From contig NIVC01003939.1 in assembly GCA_002269645.1 (NCBI GenBank), positions 4,707-68,706 of the forward strand: DNA of 64,000 nt. Reading direction: 5' to 3'. Within the stretch, counting starts at the first letter, position 1, and every line of letters begins with the position of its first letter. A program made the translations under genes and the position numbers. A model generated the notes under the pieces. That model saw nothing but the letters and a program-made list of their open reading frames with translations. It did not search any database and was not told where the DNA came from. This DNA comes from Macrostomum lignano. Its lineage: Eukaryota. Positions 32,572 through 56,039 of the stretch are shown here, in pieces.

Positions 32572-34935
32572 TCAGACAAAGGTTCCGGGAGACCAGGCCA
32601 CAATACGAGCATCGCAGGCCAGTTTCGGCGAGTAGGAATGCGGCAGATCTCTGAGCAGCGGGTGCAGCCGCAGCCCAGTCAGAGTCTCATTAAACAGCAG
32701 GTGCGAAGGCACAAATGCGCTGATGTACAGGCGGTGTCGCTGTGGATCCGACAGTCGAAGCCGACTAACGGCCATTCGCAACTGACCGGCCAGATGTTCG
32801 ACTGCGTCCGATTCTGTCCGGCAGTAGATGTTCAGCACCAGGTGAAGCCCGCCAACCGGTACTGAGGTCCAGTTGGCTATGCTGACACCTGTTACTTCAC
32901 CGGTGGGCACCAGGCCGGGCTCCGAGTAACTGGCCATCACCTGGGGCGCGGGTTTGGTGACAGATTTGACAGCTGGTCATTATTAGAGTGACAGATGTGA
33001 CAGATGTGACAGCTATTAGAGTGACAGATATGACAGCTAGTCATTATTAGTGACAGCTGGTCATTATTAGAGTGACAGTGACAGCTGGTCATTATTAGAG
33101 TGACAGATGTGACAGCTAATAGAGTGACAGATATGACAGCTAGTCATTATTAGTGACAGCTGGTCATTATTAGAGTGACAGTGACAGCTGGTCATTATTA
33201 GAGTGACAGATGTGACAGCTGGTCATTATTAGAGTGACAGATGTGACAGCTAGTCATTATTAGTGACAGCTGGTCATTATTAGAGTCACAGGTGTGACAG
33301 CTGGTCATTATCAGAGTCACAGGTGTGACAGCTGGTCATTATCAGAGTGACAGATGTGACAGCTAGTCATTATTAGTGACAGCTGGTCATTATCAGAGTG
33401 ACAGATGTGACAGCTAGTCATTATTAGTGACAGCTGGTTATTATCAGAGTGACAGATGTGACAGCTAGTCATTATTAGTGACAGCTGGTCATTATCAGAG
33501 TGACAGATGTGACAGCTGGTCATTATTAGAGTGACAGATGTGACAGCTGGGCATTATTAGAGTGACAGATGTGACAGCTGGTCATTATAACAGTGAAAGA
33601 ATTGAGTGACAGACAATTAATAAAGCAATATAAAATAACCTGATGCAGAAACTTTCTCCAAATAAGCAGATTGCCTCTAGAGAAGGTCAGCGGTTCCTTA
33701 GCAACAAGTATATACTGTTGAGGCTTAAACAGGCGGTTCTCTGTACTGCTGCAGACCGACTCTGAGCACAAGAAGTCAACAGGATTGGACACTAAGTGAG
33801 GCTCCTCTAGACTATAGGAAGGCCCAGTAGCAAATCTATTAGCTAAAGCAGCCAGGTAGTCGGCCGAGCATTCAAATCCCAGCTGCTGGTTGTGCAGCAC
33901 AACTCTAGTTGTCAGGTCACCGCCCAGCTGATCGAAATAACGCCTAGTATAAGTTGGCAGACTATAGACTCCGCAGCACATTACAGCAGGGTGTAGGCGC
34001 GGTTTTAACATTTCAAACAGTGCTTGTGAACTTCGAGCTGCCAATGAGTAGGCGCGAAAATCCTTGACTGTGCGGCCGCCAGCGTAGGACAAGTTACGGC
34101 CTTCGTGGTTAACGATAGCGTAGCCGAATGACAACTGCGGTGATTATAGTGGATTGGACATGCCTTATTAAATAGATAGATAGATATTTATATAGATAGA
34201 TAGATCGTCTCTCCACATCTATCTCGTAAATAACCTCGTATCAGGATAGGTAGTCAGTCAGTAAGTGAGTCAGTCAGGCAGTCAGTCAGTCAGTCAGTCA
34301 GTCAGTCAGTCAGTCAGTCAGTCAGTCAGTCAGTCAGTCAGTCAGTCAGTCAGTCAGTCAGTCAGTCAGTCAGTCAGTCAGTCAGTCAGTCAGTCAGTCA
34401 GTCAGTCAGTCAGTCAGTCAGTCAGTCAGTCAGTCAGTTAGTCAGTCAGTCAGTCAGTCAGTCAGTCACTCAGTCAGTCAGTCAGTCAGTCAGTCAGTCA
34501 GTCAGTCAGTCAGTCAGCCAGTCAGTCAGTACTCACAACTCTATTGCTGGCTTTATCAACAGTAACAATGCCGCTCCGGTGTTGGCTGCTCACAATATAC
34601 TCGTAGTAGTCAGGTAAATAGTCAAGGCCATAGTGAATATCTGGCTCAATGCTGAGCACCTGGTCTCTGTCGTCTAGAGTAGCTAAACGTAACTGCAAAT
34701 TCTCTCTTGGAATAGGTAGACGAGACCATCGATCGCGTAGAATATCTTGTCGTTTGGCGTTAACAGAGACTGGCTGCTTTGATGAGCTCTCGCTATTATT
34801 GACAAATGCGGTAGTAGTATTACTATTAGTAGAATATAAAATACACTGCTGCGTTGTAGAAGTCTTCGTTCTAATATAGAATGACAAAGACAGTAGGAAG
34901 TTCGGACTAGGAGTCACTCGGTTCCAAGGCTTCAT
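32572..34935 (-). CDS. GNAT acetyltransferase, NAT16/HISAT-like, paralogue B, 3 exons (34935-34537, 34134-33640, 32940-32572; ~420 aa)
   Basis: LRLATLDDRDQVLSIEPDIHYGLDYLPDYY; same intron positions as paralogue A; intron 1 holds (CAGT)n, intron 2 a GTGACAGCTGGTCATTATTAGA-type repeat. Confidence 0.7.
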
Positions 34936-35239
34936 TTCATGAATTTAAATTGCTTAAATGGATAAAATAGATAGATAGATCTAGATGTAGCAGGCCCAAA
35001 TAAACACGTATGGAGGCTTGCTGTTTATCTTATAAAAGTTTTCATTGGTACAACGCATTCTATCTCGGAGCACTAAACTCTGCCCGAGAATTATTAGAGC
35101 CTAAGTATTACAAATAACAGTAAAATTGTTACATTTAAAATAGGCTGAATTGAATATTTATTGCACAGTAATAAAGTATTGCTAAGTTTATTAAATCAAG
35201 TTAAATATTTGTACTGATGGCTCTATGCAGGTATTGAAA

Positions 35240-35590
35240 AGTCACTCGCTAAGTCTATCTAGATATTGAAGAGCCACTCGCTAAGCATATCTAGATATTG
35301 AAGAGCCACTCGCTAAGTCTATCTAAATATTTAAGAGACACTCGCTAAGTCTATCTAAATATTTAAGAGACACTCGCTAAGTCTATCTAGATATTGAAGA
35401 GCCACTCGCTAAGCATATCTAGATATTTAAGAGACACTCGCTAAGTCTATCTAGATATTGAAGAGCCACTCGCTAAGCATATCTAGATATTTAAGAGACA
35501 CTCGCTAAGTCTATCTAGATATTGAAGAGCCACTCGCTAAGCATATCTAGATATTTAAGAGACACTCGCTAAGTCTATCTAGATATTGAA
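35240..35590. repeat. 32-bp minisatellite (CACTCGCTAAGTCTATCTAGATATTGAAGAGC)
   Basis: ~11 tandem copies. Confidence 0.9.
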
Positions 35591-36599
35591 TACCGCTCAC
35601 TAAAGTACATCGCTATCATGCAGGAAAAATGAAAAAACTATTACGAAAAGAACAATGAAAATTGTACCAACAGTTATTACAGAGCAAAAACTAGCCGAGG
35701 TACTTAAGTGGCTAATATTATAATTATTATTTTGAAAACTTTCACTGAATACGCTAAATTCAAAACATGCAGATATAACAAAAAATAGATTTAGATATTT
35801 AATTTATAGCAAATATGCCGATCTGTTACCAACTGTGTTCTCTCTATATGAATCTAAACCAGAATCAACACTTTTACACGCTACAGCGGGTGAAGACAAA
35901 AAAGTTATTTACGCATATATTTATTATAGGTAAAAAAAACACAGAACAGCACTCACTACTAAAGTCACAGCGGCAGACGAAACAAAAATTTCACCCTCTG
36001 AGAGAGAATTCAGTAAAGTAGCAAAAAGTGTCATGCACGAACAAATATTCAAGTGGCTCGTAGTATTTTCAAAACACACAATGAATATATGAATAGTTTC
36101 GTAGGGTTTCGCAGAAATATACATACTTATATTATTAAAACTTGATACAAAACGTATCCATATGCACAAGGGTAACCGCGCAAAAAAAGACCAACAACAC
36201 ACAACTTCAGCTGTTTCAAACTGCATGCAAAATAAAACAAATACAATAATGAAAGCTATTAATCTGTGAATTGATGAGAAAGTTTGCATGATTTTACTAG
36301 CAAATACGCTCGATTTAAAATTGAAATCAGCTGCAGATCCGAGCAAGGCAGTAAAGGGAAAGACTGTAATAAATACATATTTATTTAACTTTTTAGTTAC
36401 TTTCTGTATTAGTAACAAATTTTTAATCAAATGTGAATCAAAACTACGGCCTGAAGTTAAGGAGACAGGGAGGGTAGGAGAGTGTAGAAAATCTGCGAGA
36501 GGCTATAGCTCTCTATGAGAAGCTACAGAAATCTAGCAGGGCATGGATGTCTAGATGGTATAGGCATATAGGACAGAGCATAGAGACCTAGGAGAGGGT

Positions 36600-37080
36600 A
36601 TATAGATAGTTAGGAGAGGGTATAGACATCTAACAGAGAGTATAAACATCTAAAAGATAGTATAGACATCTAACAGAGAGTATAGGCATCTAACAGAGTA
36701 TAGGCACCTATACTAGGGTATAGGCATCTAACAGAGTATAGGCACCTATACTAGGGTACAGGCATCTAACAGAGTATAGGCACCTGTACTAGGGTACAGG
36801 CATCTAACAGAGTATAGGCACCTATACTAGGGTACAGGCATCTAACAGAGTATAGGCACCTGTACTAGGGTACAGGCATCTAACAGAGTATAGGCACCTG
36901 TACTAGGGTATAGGCATCTAACAGAGTATAGGCACCTGTACTAGGGTATAGGCATCTAACAGAGTATAGGCACCTGTACTAGGGTATAGGCATCTAACAG
37001 AGTATAGGCACCTGTACTAGGGTATAGGCATCTAACAGAGTATAGGCACCTGTACTAGGGTATAGGCATCTAACAGATAT
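36600..37080. repeat. 38-bp minisatellite (TATAGGCATCTAACAGAGTATAGGCACCTGTACTAGGG)
   Basis: Tandem copies with an internal 18+20-bp substructure. Confidence 0.9.
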
Positions 37081-37691
37081 GGTAAGCTAGAAGCTAGTTA
37101 CATAAATGGAGTCGAGAGAGAGTTTAGAAATTGAGTGGAGTAGACAAATCATAAAATGAAGCGAATTGTTATTTTAACAGTACAAGAACCTTCGTTGATC
37201 GAAGGTTCACAACCCTGGATAAAGAGTTGAAAAAACACAAAATTGATTTGTTATAAATATACATCACACGAGAACATATTGTATTATACGCAAAAAAACT
37301 TTAAATAAAGCGGTGAAAACTAAAAAACGATGTGAACGTAAAAATTAAATTACATTCGATGGACAAGTACGGTTTGTGACAACAGGATTTTGCAGAAAAC
37401 TGAAAATAAGATTTCTATTAAAGTTATTTTATTGCCGATTCTGATTTTACCAGACTTGCAAAAAACAGCGTTATTGCATTTTTTAAAAAAAACTTTAAAG
37501 AACAAGGCTTGGTGTGACAAAAAAACAGAAAACATAAAAATGGTTCGGCTGCTTGAAGACTTGCGCACGCAAAAGTGCAATGCTGATGAAATTTATATTA
37601 CGATGTATAGCAAGACGCAAAAATACGCGATATGCTACTTGTACGACTTTGTAAGTTGTAAAGATAGGATGCTGTCTTTTTGAAAGTTTAT

Positions 37692-38365
37692 TGGGGCTGA
37701 GTGGGGCTTGCAGATAGGAGGCAGTGTACATTGGGGCTGAGTGGGGTTTGTGGGGAGGCGGCAGTGTACATTGGGGCTGAGTGGGGTTTGTGGGGAGGAG
37801 GCAGTGTACATTGGGGCTGAGTGGGGTTTGTGGGGAGGAGGCAGTGTACATTGGGGCTGAGTGGGGTTTGTGGGGAGGAGGCAGTGTACATTGGGGCTGA
37901 GTGGGGTTTGTGGGGAGGAGGCAGTGTACATTGGAGCTGAGTGGGGTTTGTGGGGAGGAGGCAGTGTACATTGGGGCTGAGTGGGGTTTGTGGGGAGGAG
38001 GCAGTGTACATTGGAGCTGAGTGGGGTTTGTGGGGAGGAGGCAGTGTACATTGGGGCTGAGTGGGGTTTGTGGGGAGGAAGCAGTGTACATTGGAGCTGA
38101 GTGGGGTTTGTGGGGAGGAGGCAGTGTACATTGGGGCTGAGTGGGGTTTGTGGGGAGGAGGCAGTGTACATTGGGGCTGAGTGGGGTTTGTGGGGAGGAG
38201 GCAGTGTACATTGGAGCTGAGTGGGGTTTGTGGGGAGGAGGCAGTGTACATTGGGGCTGAGTGGGGTTTGTGGGGAGGAGGCAGTGTACATTGGAGCTGA
38301 GTGGGGTTTGTGGGGAGGAGGCAGTGTACATTGGGGCTGAGTGGGGTTTGTGGGGAGGCGGCAGC
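37692..38365. repeat. 40-bp G-quadruplex-prone minisatellite (TTGGGGCTGAGTGGGGTTTGTGGGGAGGAGGCAGTGTACA)
   Basis: ~17 near-identical copies, three GGGG runs per unit. Confidence 0.95.
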
Positions 38366-38835
38366 ATACATCAGTAAATTGTCATTGTTGTGTAAGTTTG
38401 ATTTTTCGAATGAATATACACAGCATGTTTCGATATTTACGAAACTGCAATTTCAAATAGTTTCATAAATTCAAGATTAAAAATTCACTAACAAAACAAA
38501 GTTTGTATCAGAAGTACTAATACGAATAAAAAAGTTAATCCATACTAAAATAAGTAAAGCGAGATCATAACAGGTTTGAAAAAAAGAAAGCGCGCACAAA
38601 TCCTTAGAGAAAATGCTCGCGTTTTCTAAACGAGAATAACAAAACAATAAAAGAGTTCTATTTGTGCCAGATTGCAAATAGGTTGCGCTGTGTTATGCAG
38701 TATTATAACGTAGATATCTATCATATTTACAATATCAAGTGTGTCGTTATAAAATTATGAAAAAAAACTGTACTATCATAGTTTATTTAAGCGAAATGGT
38801 AAACAAAAAACGTTCTTGCGGTTCAAGTCTATTAA

Positions 38836-41800
38836 TCACAGTAGCGTGGCCCGAGCCTGCTGCTGCTGCTGCTGCTGATGCCCAGGCGGTAACAATTGAA
38901 TTCCACCGTTGCCACTAACGCTGATGCTGCCGTTGCCATGGTGATAGTATTTTTTACCGTTGCTACTATTAGCAGTAGAATATCCGCGCTGTTGCTGCTG
39001 TTGATGATGAAATCCGTTAGTGTGAGATTCGGCCTTCTGAGAGGAACTGCTTGAGACAACCCAGACTACAATTTTATCCTCCCAAACTGGAACTACTTGA
39101 TTGTCGTCGGCAACTTCGATTTTTGTTGGTTTTTGTAGCTGTTGCTGCTGCTGCTGCTGCTGTTGCGGCACCTTGAACAGGTAGCGCCAAGGACTGAATT
39201 GGGGCCCACCGGACTGCTGCTGATGCTGAGAAGAATTTGGCGGAAGCTGGATGCAACGTTTGATGTCGCCCAGTGTTACCTGTAGATTAGTTTGTAAATT
39301 TATTGATATTTTATTCATTTATATTAGAGATTAAGGCAACTAAAAATACAATCAACAATAACTGGATGAAGAGAAGATCGAGCTGCAGGACCTGGTGATG
39401 ACGCTGAATGGTAGATGATGAAGCTGTGTTACCTGGTGATGAAGCTGAATGAATAGATGATGAAGCTGTGTTACCTGATGATGAAGCTGAATGAATAGAT
39501 GATGAAGCAGTGCTACCTGGTGATAAAGCTGACTGAATAGATGATGAAGCTGTGTTACCTGATGATGAAGCTGAATGAATAGATGATGAAGCTGTGCTAC
39601 CTGGTGATAAAGCTGAATGAATAGATGATGAAGCTGTGCTACCTGGTGATAAAGCTGAATGAATAGATGATGAAGCTGTGTTACCTGGTGATGAAGCTGA
39701 ATGAATAGATAATGTAGCTGTGCTACCTGGTGATGAAGCTGTATGATCTAGTGAGGATGAAGCTGTATGATCTAGTGATGATGAAGCTGTATGATCAAGT
39801 GATGATGAAGCTGTATGATCTAGTGATGATGAAGCTGTATGATCTAGTGAGGATGAAGCTGAATGATCAAGTGAGGATGAAGCTGTATGATCAAGTGAGG
39901 ATGAAGCTGAATGGCTACTAGATAATAAAGCTGGATTATGATATGATAAAGCCGTAGAAGCCACAGGTGATGATGACGCCAAATAACAATGATAAAACTG
40001 TATGACACAATTAAATAAAAATCTCTAAGACTGAATGACACAACAATTGCGGTGAATTCTTACCTGCCCAATAGGCTTAGGGATATTAAGCAGGTACGGC
40101 GCGGCACTCCGCTCAGTATAGTACAGACACCTGGTACTAACTGGCCCACCACTACTAGTACTACTAATGCCAATTGCCGAACCAGTAGTATCTGGCACAT
40201 CTAATCGATGTATAGGAAAACCAGGCACAGCAGACAACGGCAATCGTTTTAATTGCATTTTACGTTGCTGTGGAGTTAAACTTTGCTGACTAGCCGATGT
40301 AGTAGCGCTAGAATTAGCTGAGGACAGGTGCAAAGCGTGCTCCAGGGTGTCTAGCACCACCTGTGAACCGGTGTCGCCAGGTGGCAGAGCCAATCTCAAC
40401 CGACTGATGCACTGGGCAGCCACGGCTGCCTCGGATCCGGCAGAGTCGCCGACAGAATGAGCATCACCAGCGCCAGCAGTGGAAGTAGTAGCAGACTCAG
40501 AATTTGAGCATTTCAATCGATCCAACTCGCTGCTCAGAGCGGCTACGCACTGCTGATGCTCAGCTACTAGGCGGCGAAGTCGTTCATTGTCGTTACGAGC
40601 GGCGGCGGCTTCGCGTTCGGCCATTTCGCGACGCTGTTCGCTGTAGCGCAGAGTGTATTGCAGCTCTTCGACCTTGGGGAGTTTGGGATGGAGTTCGAGT
40701 AGCATTGTACATAACCGTGAGGGATTATGACATCATTGGGGAGATGGAATCTATGGTTCAAAAATTCAGAATCAAGACTCTCGCACTTCAGGATTATGAC
40801 TCTTGAACTTCAGGACCAAGAGTATCGAAGCTCAGGGATCAAGACTCTTAGACTCCAGGACCAATACTCTTAGACTTCAAGATTCATACTCTTAGACTTC
40901 AAGATTCATAGTCTTAGACTTCAGGATTCATACTCTTAGACTTCAGGATTCATACTCTTAGACTTCAAGATTCATACTCTTAGACTTCAGGATTCATACT
41001 ATTAGACTTCAGGATTCATACTCTTAGACTTCAAGATTAATACTCTTAGCCTTCAGGATTCATACTATTAGACTTCAAGATTCATACTCTTAGCCTTCAG
41101 GATTCATACTATTAGACTTCAAGATTCATACTCTTAGACTTCAAGATTCATACTCTTAGACTTCAGGATTCATACTCTTAGCCTTCAGGATTCATACTCT
41201 TAGACTTCAAGATTCATAGTCTTGGACTTCAGGATTCATACTCTTAGACTTCAGGATTCATACTCTTAGACTTCAAGATTCATACTCTTAGACTTCAGGA
41301 TTCATACTCTTAGACTTCAAGATTAATACTCTTAGCCTTCAGGATTCACACTATTAGACTTCAAGATTCATACTCTTAGACTTCAAGATTCATACTCTTA
41401 GACTTCAGGATTCATACTCTTAGACTTCAGGATTCATACTCTTAGACTTCAGGATTCATACTCTTAGACTTCAAGATTCATACTCTTAGACTTCAAGATT
41501 AATACTCTTAGCCTTCAGGATTCATACTATTAGACTTCAGGATAAAGACTCCTATGCGTCAGGATACAGACCCTCAGGCAGTCAGGCTTCAGGATCAAGA
41601 GCCTTATGCTTCAGGATCAAGACTCTCAGACTTCAGGATCAAGAGCCTCATGCTTCAGGATCAAGAATATCATGCTTCAGGATCAAGAGCCCCATACTTC
41701 AGGATAAAGACTCTCAGAATTCAGGATCAATAATCTCAGACTTCAGGATCAAGAGCCTCATGCTTCAGGATCAAGAATCTCAGGCTTCAGGATCAAGAGC

Positions 41801-43192
41801 CTCATGCTTCAGGATCAAGACTCTCAGAATTCAGGAACAAGAATCTCATGCTTCAGGATCAAGACTCTCAGACTTCAGGATCAAGAATATCATGCGTCAG
41901 GATCAAGAATATCATGCGTCAGGATCAAGAGCCTCATGCTTCAGGATAAAGACTCTCAGAATTCAGGATCAATAATCTCAGACTTCAGGATCAAGAGCCT
42001 CATGCTTCAGGATCAAGAATCTCAGGCTTCAGGATCAAGACTCTCAAAATTCAGGATCAAGAATCTCAGGCTTCAGGATCAAGAATATCATGCTTCAGGA
42101 TCAAGAGCCTCATGCTTCAGGATCAAGACTCAGAATTCAGGATCAAGAATCTCAGGCTTCAGGATCAAGAATCCCAGGCTTCAGGATAAAGACTCCCAGC
42201 CTTTAGGATGAAGACTTTTAGGCTTTAAGACACAGACTCTCAGGCTTCAGAAACAAAGCTCGGGAATATAATCAGAGCTTTAAGCAAGGCGCTGCAGTGT
42301 TCAACACAATTTTAGGGTTCAGAATGATGGAATCTCGACAGAAATCAAACAAATCTACCTTTAGCGTCAGTTCATCCACCGTCTGCTGCTGTTGCTTCTG
42401 TTGCTCCTGCTGGTGCATCTTGTCGCCGCTGCCGCAGAAACAGCCGTCCATTCCTGAATGATTCGACGAACAGTTGGATTCCGCAGACATTGGAGAAGCT
42501 GCACCAGACGACAGAGCGTCCTGCAACCGTAGTATAAGGCTGCGCATCTCTTTCAATTCACTTCTGGCCTCTTCCAATTCGCTGCCATTGCCGCTAGCAG
42601 ACGAGGCCGCTGTAGAACCGAAGCCTAGCAACTGAGCAGTAGGTGAGCTGGCATGAGAACCGGCAGATATTGTAGGCGTAGCTCCGTGTCTGGGACTGTT
42701 GCAGCCGCTAGATAGCCAACCGGAAGCTGGCGTCTCTTCGCCATTATTATTATGATTATTAGCCGATGACAGCTTCTTTCTAGCTCGGGACAGAGTAGCT
42801 CCGTCGGCGGCTTGTTGCTGTTGAGCGGCCTGCTTTTGATGCCGAACAGAAGCTGGCTTATAGTGAGCAGCTAATGCCAATATTAATCTCATAACAGCTT
42901 TAACATCGCCTGACATGACTACGCGCGGTTCAATGCGATGCATTCTGATTCGGCGGGATCGCATGAAATCCAGCACTACTAGGATGTTCTGCTCTCGATC
43001 GTAGTCGTCTATGGGATACCAGATGATGTCTTCTAGTTTAACGTCGGCAACAGTTTCAACTAAGACTGCTAGGCTGGTGCCGTTTAATATGCTGGGATCT
43101 GTTAGATCTTTTACTAGCGGATAGCCTGGTCGCTTCTTCAACTGACTGTTCACCCAGGCTGTGTAGGATGGCACCTGTTGGCTCCAGTCCAT
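38836..43192 (-). CDS. DIXDC1: Dixin (CH domain + coiled coil + DIX domain), 3 exons (43192-42359, 40672-40064, 39279-38836; ~628 aa)
   Basis: CH: SYTAWVNSQLKKRP...RSRRIRMH...MRLILALAAHYKP; DIX: TRCLYYTERSAAPYLLNIPK/VTLGDIK...WRYLFK...DDNQVVPVWEDKIVVWV; frame-preserving GT-AG junctions. Confidence 0.9.
40800..42250. repeat. Two related 22-bp minisatellites in DIXDC1 intron 1
   Basis: TAGACTTCAGGATTCATACTCT array grading into CAGGATCAAGACTCTCAGACTT array. Confidence 0.9.
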
Positions 43193-43369
43193 GATTGAGC
43201 GGCGCCTTTGACGTATGGATTATTTTTGGATAAATTGACTTTTAGGTGTCTTGTATTGATCTCGGCATGAACAGTTGGGTCAAGTATCAATGGTTATGAC
43301 GCAAAATAATTTATAAATTTGTCTATAAAACTATAGCCTTGTGTACATTTGCTGTATTGATTAAGGTCT

Positions 43370-43690
43370 AGGCTCCTGCTGATAGCATATGTACATCGGC
43401 AGGATTTATTAGGGTCCAGGCTCCTGCTGACTAGCATATGTACATTGGCTGGATTGATTAGGGTCCAGGCTCCTGCTGACTAGCATATGTACATTGGCTG
43501 GATTGATTAGGGTCTAGGCTCCTGCTGACTAGCATACGTACATTGGCTGGGTTGATTAGGGTCTAGGCTCCTGCTGACTAGCATACGTACATTGGCTGGG
43601 TTGATTAGGGTCTAGGCTCCTGCTGACTAGCATATGTACATTGGCTGGATTGATTAGGGTCTAGGCTCCTGCTGACTAGCATATGTACAT
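43370..43690. repeat. 49-bp minisatellite upstream of DIXDC1
   Basis: Unit TAGGGTCTAGGCTCCTGCTGACTAGCATATGTACATTGGCTGGATTGAT. Confidence 0.9.
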
Positions 43691-45198
43691 TGCACAATTA
43701 CTAAAATGAGTAGATGTAATTTTAGGGTAACTGCAATTAACAAACAACTGTTTACAGCTACAACTGCACAAAAAATAATAAAGAAGAGCATTGTAAGTGT
43801 TTTTTGTATTATGAGGCCACAAATTACAATTGAAAATCAAGCAATGCTTCAAGATTTTGATTGAAAACAGAAAACCCTACTTCGCGATGAGAAAATACTA
43901 CTAACATTTGAAATAGTCTACTTAAGTAGAAACAATGACTTCGCGGAATATATAGGTGCAAAACGTTTGAGGAACATTAAGAAAACAGGTGACAAACAAA
44001 CTGGGTAAAAATATCTTATCTAAACGAAATAAAAAATCAATGATGTACAGTTGACAATCATGATTAATCCTTAAACGAAGTTGATGTGGCTTGAAGAATA
44101 TACGGCTGGTGGCCCAGCAACTGAGGATCTGGGAGGCTGAGGATCTGGGAGGCTGGCCCAGCAACTGATGATCTGGGAGGCTGGACCAGTACTGAGGATC
44201 TGGGAGGCTGCCCAGCAACTGCGGATCTGAGAGGCTGGACCAGTACTAAGGATCTGGGAGGCTGCCCAGCAACTGAGGATCTGAGAGGCTGCCCAGCAAC
44301 TGAGGATCTGGGAGGCTGCCCAGCAACTGAGGATCTGAGAGGCTGCCCAGCAACTGAGGATCTGGGAGGCTGCCCAGCAACTGAGGATCTGAGAGGCGGC
44401 CCAGCAACTGAGTATCTGACAGGCTGGACCAGTACTGAGGATCTGGGAGGCTGGCCCAGCAACTGAGGATCTGGGAGGCTCCCCAGCAACTGAGGATCTG
44501 GTCAGAAGGAAGCGAGCTCATTAACTTACAAATTGGAGAATATTTGTAACAAAATTACAAACAAAAATATATTCGTAAACACAGTAGCAAATTTTACACA
44601 TTCATAATGACTTGTTTGAAAATTTTGTACTGGCATAGGGGACAATGTAATCATACACAATAATGTAGAGAAAAGACAGCAACACAGACAGCACAAAGAC
44701 CGGGATGTGAAAGTATGCACGAAAAATATTATAAATAGCGGAACTGATTTCCTACACGACTTCACTCTCTCAGACAGAATAAATCCATCTACTTCTGTCT
44801 AAAAGTATTTCCGTTTAATTTTGTCTCAGATTGAAAATGCAACTAATGTTACTAAATAAATATGTATGAAATTTATGCAAATTTTCAACATTCAAACAGC
44901 TCTAGTCCACTCTCCGATTGTCTTTGGCTAAAAGCCCAACACAGTGTCGAAAAACTCGTCTAGGGTGGTCGCACCCGCACTGAAACTTCAATTCGTCACA
45001 AATCGATGATTAGATATTACATAAGTAGTATGTTATGTAAATACCTTGAACCCAAAAACATTAATATAAATAAACAGAGTAAGCTTTTAACTGAATTGAA
45101 TGACGATGACTTTTTAGAATAGACAACGTCATTAAGTTTTGCTGCTGGTTACAAAAGTACTGTTAAAGTGCACTAAAGAATCACTAGACAGACTGGGT

Positions 45199-54298
<9,100 letters not shown>

Positions 54299-54734
54299 GT
54301 TTCAAAACAAAATAAACTAATCAAGTTAGATTAGATTGATGCCTGCAATTTGAACCTTGGCTGACAATGCTGCAAAATAATTCGGGTGGAGCGGGGGGGG
54401 GGGTTAAACTGACTATGGGTTTGAACTTCTGATGAAAATATGTAATGAACTTGTATGCAATGGTGAGCTCAGCACGCCTGTGTAGTATGAGACAAACCAG
54501 GCTTACAACCTAAGGTCTGCAACCCTGCACACCTGTACCCCCTCTATTATGGTGCAGGAATAGCAGAACTCTCCCCAAGCTGACTCACAAGCCAACCCAG
54601 GGGTTCACATTCCACATGTGCTCAGGGCACCTCTAGGGCTGCTGGACTTGGCTTCTGTCTTGGCCATATTGGGTGCCCAGAAGCAAACCTGTGTGTATCA
54701 AGGTATATCTGGCTATGGCTCTGAAGATCAGGAA

Positions 54735-54907
54735 CATGCTTGGGCGCAACCTAAGGATTCACCCGGCCGTTTCTATTGGCAACACACGCATGAAAGTCGC
54801 TATTGGACGGAATAGTAGTCACGTGACTGCTCTCAACCAATAGCGACTTACATGTGTGTGTTGCCAATAGAAACGGCCGAGTGATTCCCAAGGTTGCGCA
54901 TGTATGA
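54735..54907. mobile_element. Palindromic MITE-like element (copy of 31388-31565)
   Basis: GCGCAAC...ACCCGGCCGTTTCTATTGGCAACAC / GTGTTGCCAATAGAAACGGCC...GTTGCGC arms, central GTCACGTGAC. Confidence 0.75.
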
Positions 54908-56039
54908 TCAGGAATCACCCCCTCTGACCTTAACAGGGTATGCAGCCAGTTTGCAGGTTCTAGAGATAGCCTTCCTGTTGCCCTCAAGGGCCCAGTGTAG
55001 TACTGAGCTAACGGACTTAAGGTATGGCTTATAGTTTTTCCAAGCTTCTCAGTTGCTAGTGGTTATACCAATAAGGGCCACAGATACTAAAATAACTAGA
55101 TGAGCAACTCAGGCATATTATATATATATATATACTTAGTAAAATAGCATTTTTACTTTTAGTTCAATTGCAATGAAGAACACAAGCTATTTCATAAAAA
55201 TAAAGGTACCTCAAATGACTGAACTATAAAATTGAAATTTTTTATTTCTACAAGTATTACTCGTATAACTCCTTTTTAGTCATAATTTTGACTATAGATA
55301 ACTATTTTGAGTTTCTTAATCTTATAAAGGTCTTGGTTAAGGGCTAAAAAATATCATATTTTTTTCGTTTTTTAAGACTCAAGATCTATACTATTAAGAC
55401 AATTGAGATTTGACCAAGATTTAAGATTAAGCCTAATTAGTATATAGTAGGTCTATTTATAATTAAATCTATTAATGCTAATATTTTTATTTTTTAAATA
55501 TATACAATAATGATAATAGAAGAAAAAACAATGATAATTTAATATTGAGCTTGTTAATAACTTGATATATTCATTTATACCCTTTAAATAAAAACTTTTT
55601 CTTCAAATATAAGTATAATAATATTATTCATAATCACAAAAAATCATAGTCATGATATAAATCATAACTTTTTCTCAGGATCTTAAAGCCAAGATTGAAA
55701 TTAAGTGAAGTGCTAAAATTTTAAGAATCAAGATTAAGATCTTGACTTGTCCAACCTCTAGTCTTATACTCTTAATGACCTACTTTCTATTATTTTCTAT
55801 AGTTTTATATTGCAACAATCTTTAAACAAAAAACAATTTATTGAATAATCAATAAAATAACAATAAGAAAACTATTAAAGTTTTAATTAGCTTTGCATAA
55901 TTAATTTTAGTTTGAACTAGCAATCTTCGCCTACCAATGGGGACATCTGGATAGAATCTTTGTTCTTTACAAGTAACAAATAGACAGCAAAATAAAGCCT
56001 TCATAAAAAACAACAGATATTCCTTCTAAAAACAAAACA

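Noticed and set aside
35815-37683. Several AT-rich ORFs (e.g. 35924-36430)
   Set aside because: Non-ATG starts, compositionally biased, no motifs or splice support
39311-39982. 223-aa Ser-rich ORF within DIXDC1
   Set aside because: GATGATGAAGCTG-type repeat in intron 2; exons 2 and 3 join directly to complete the DIX domain
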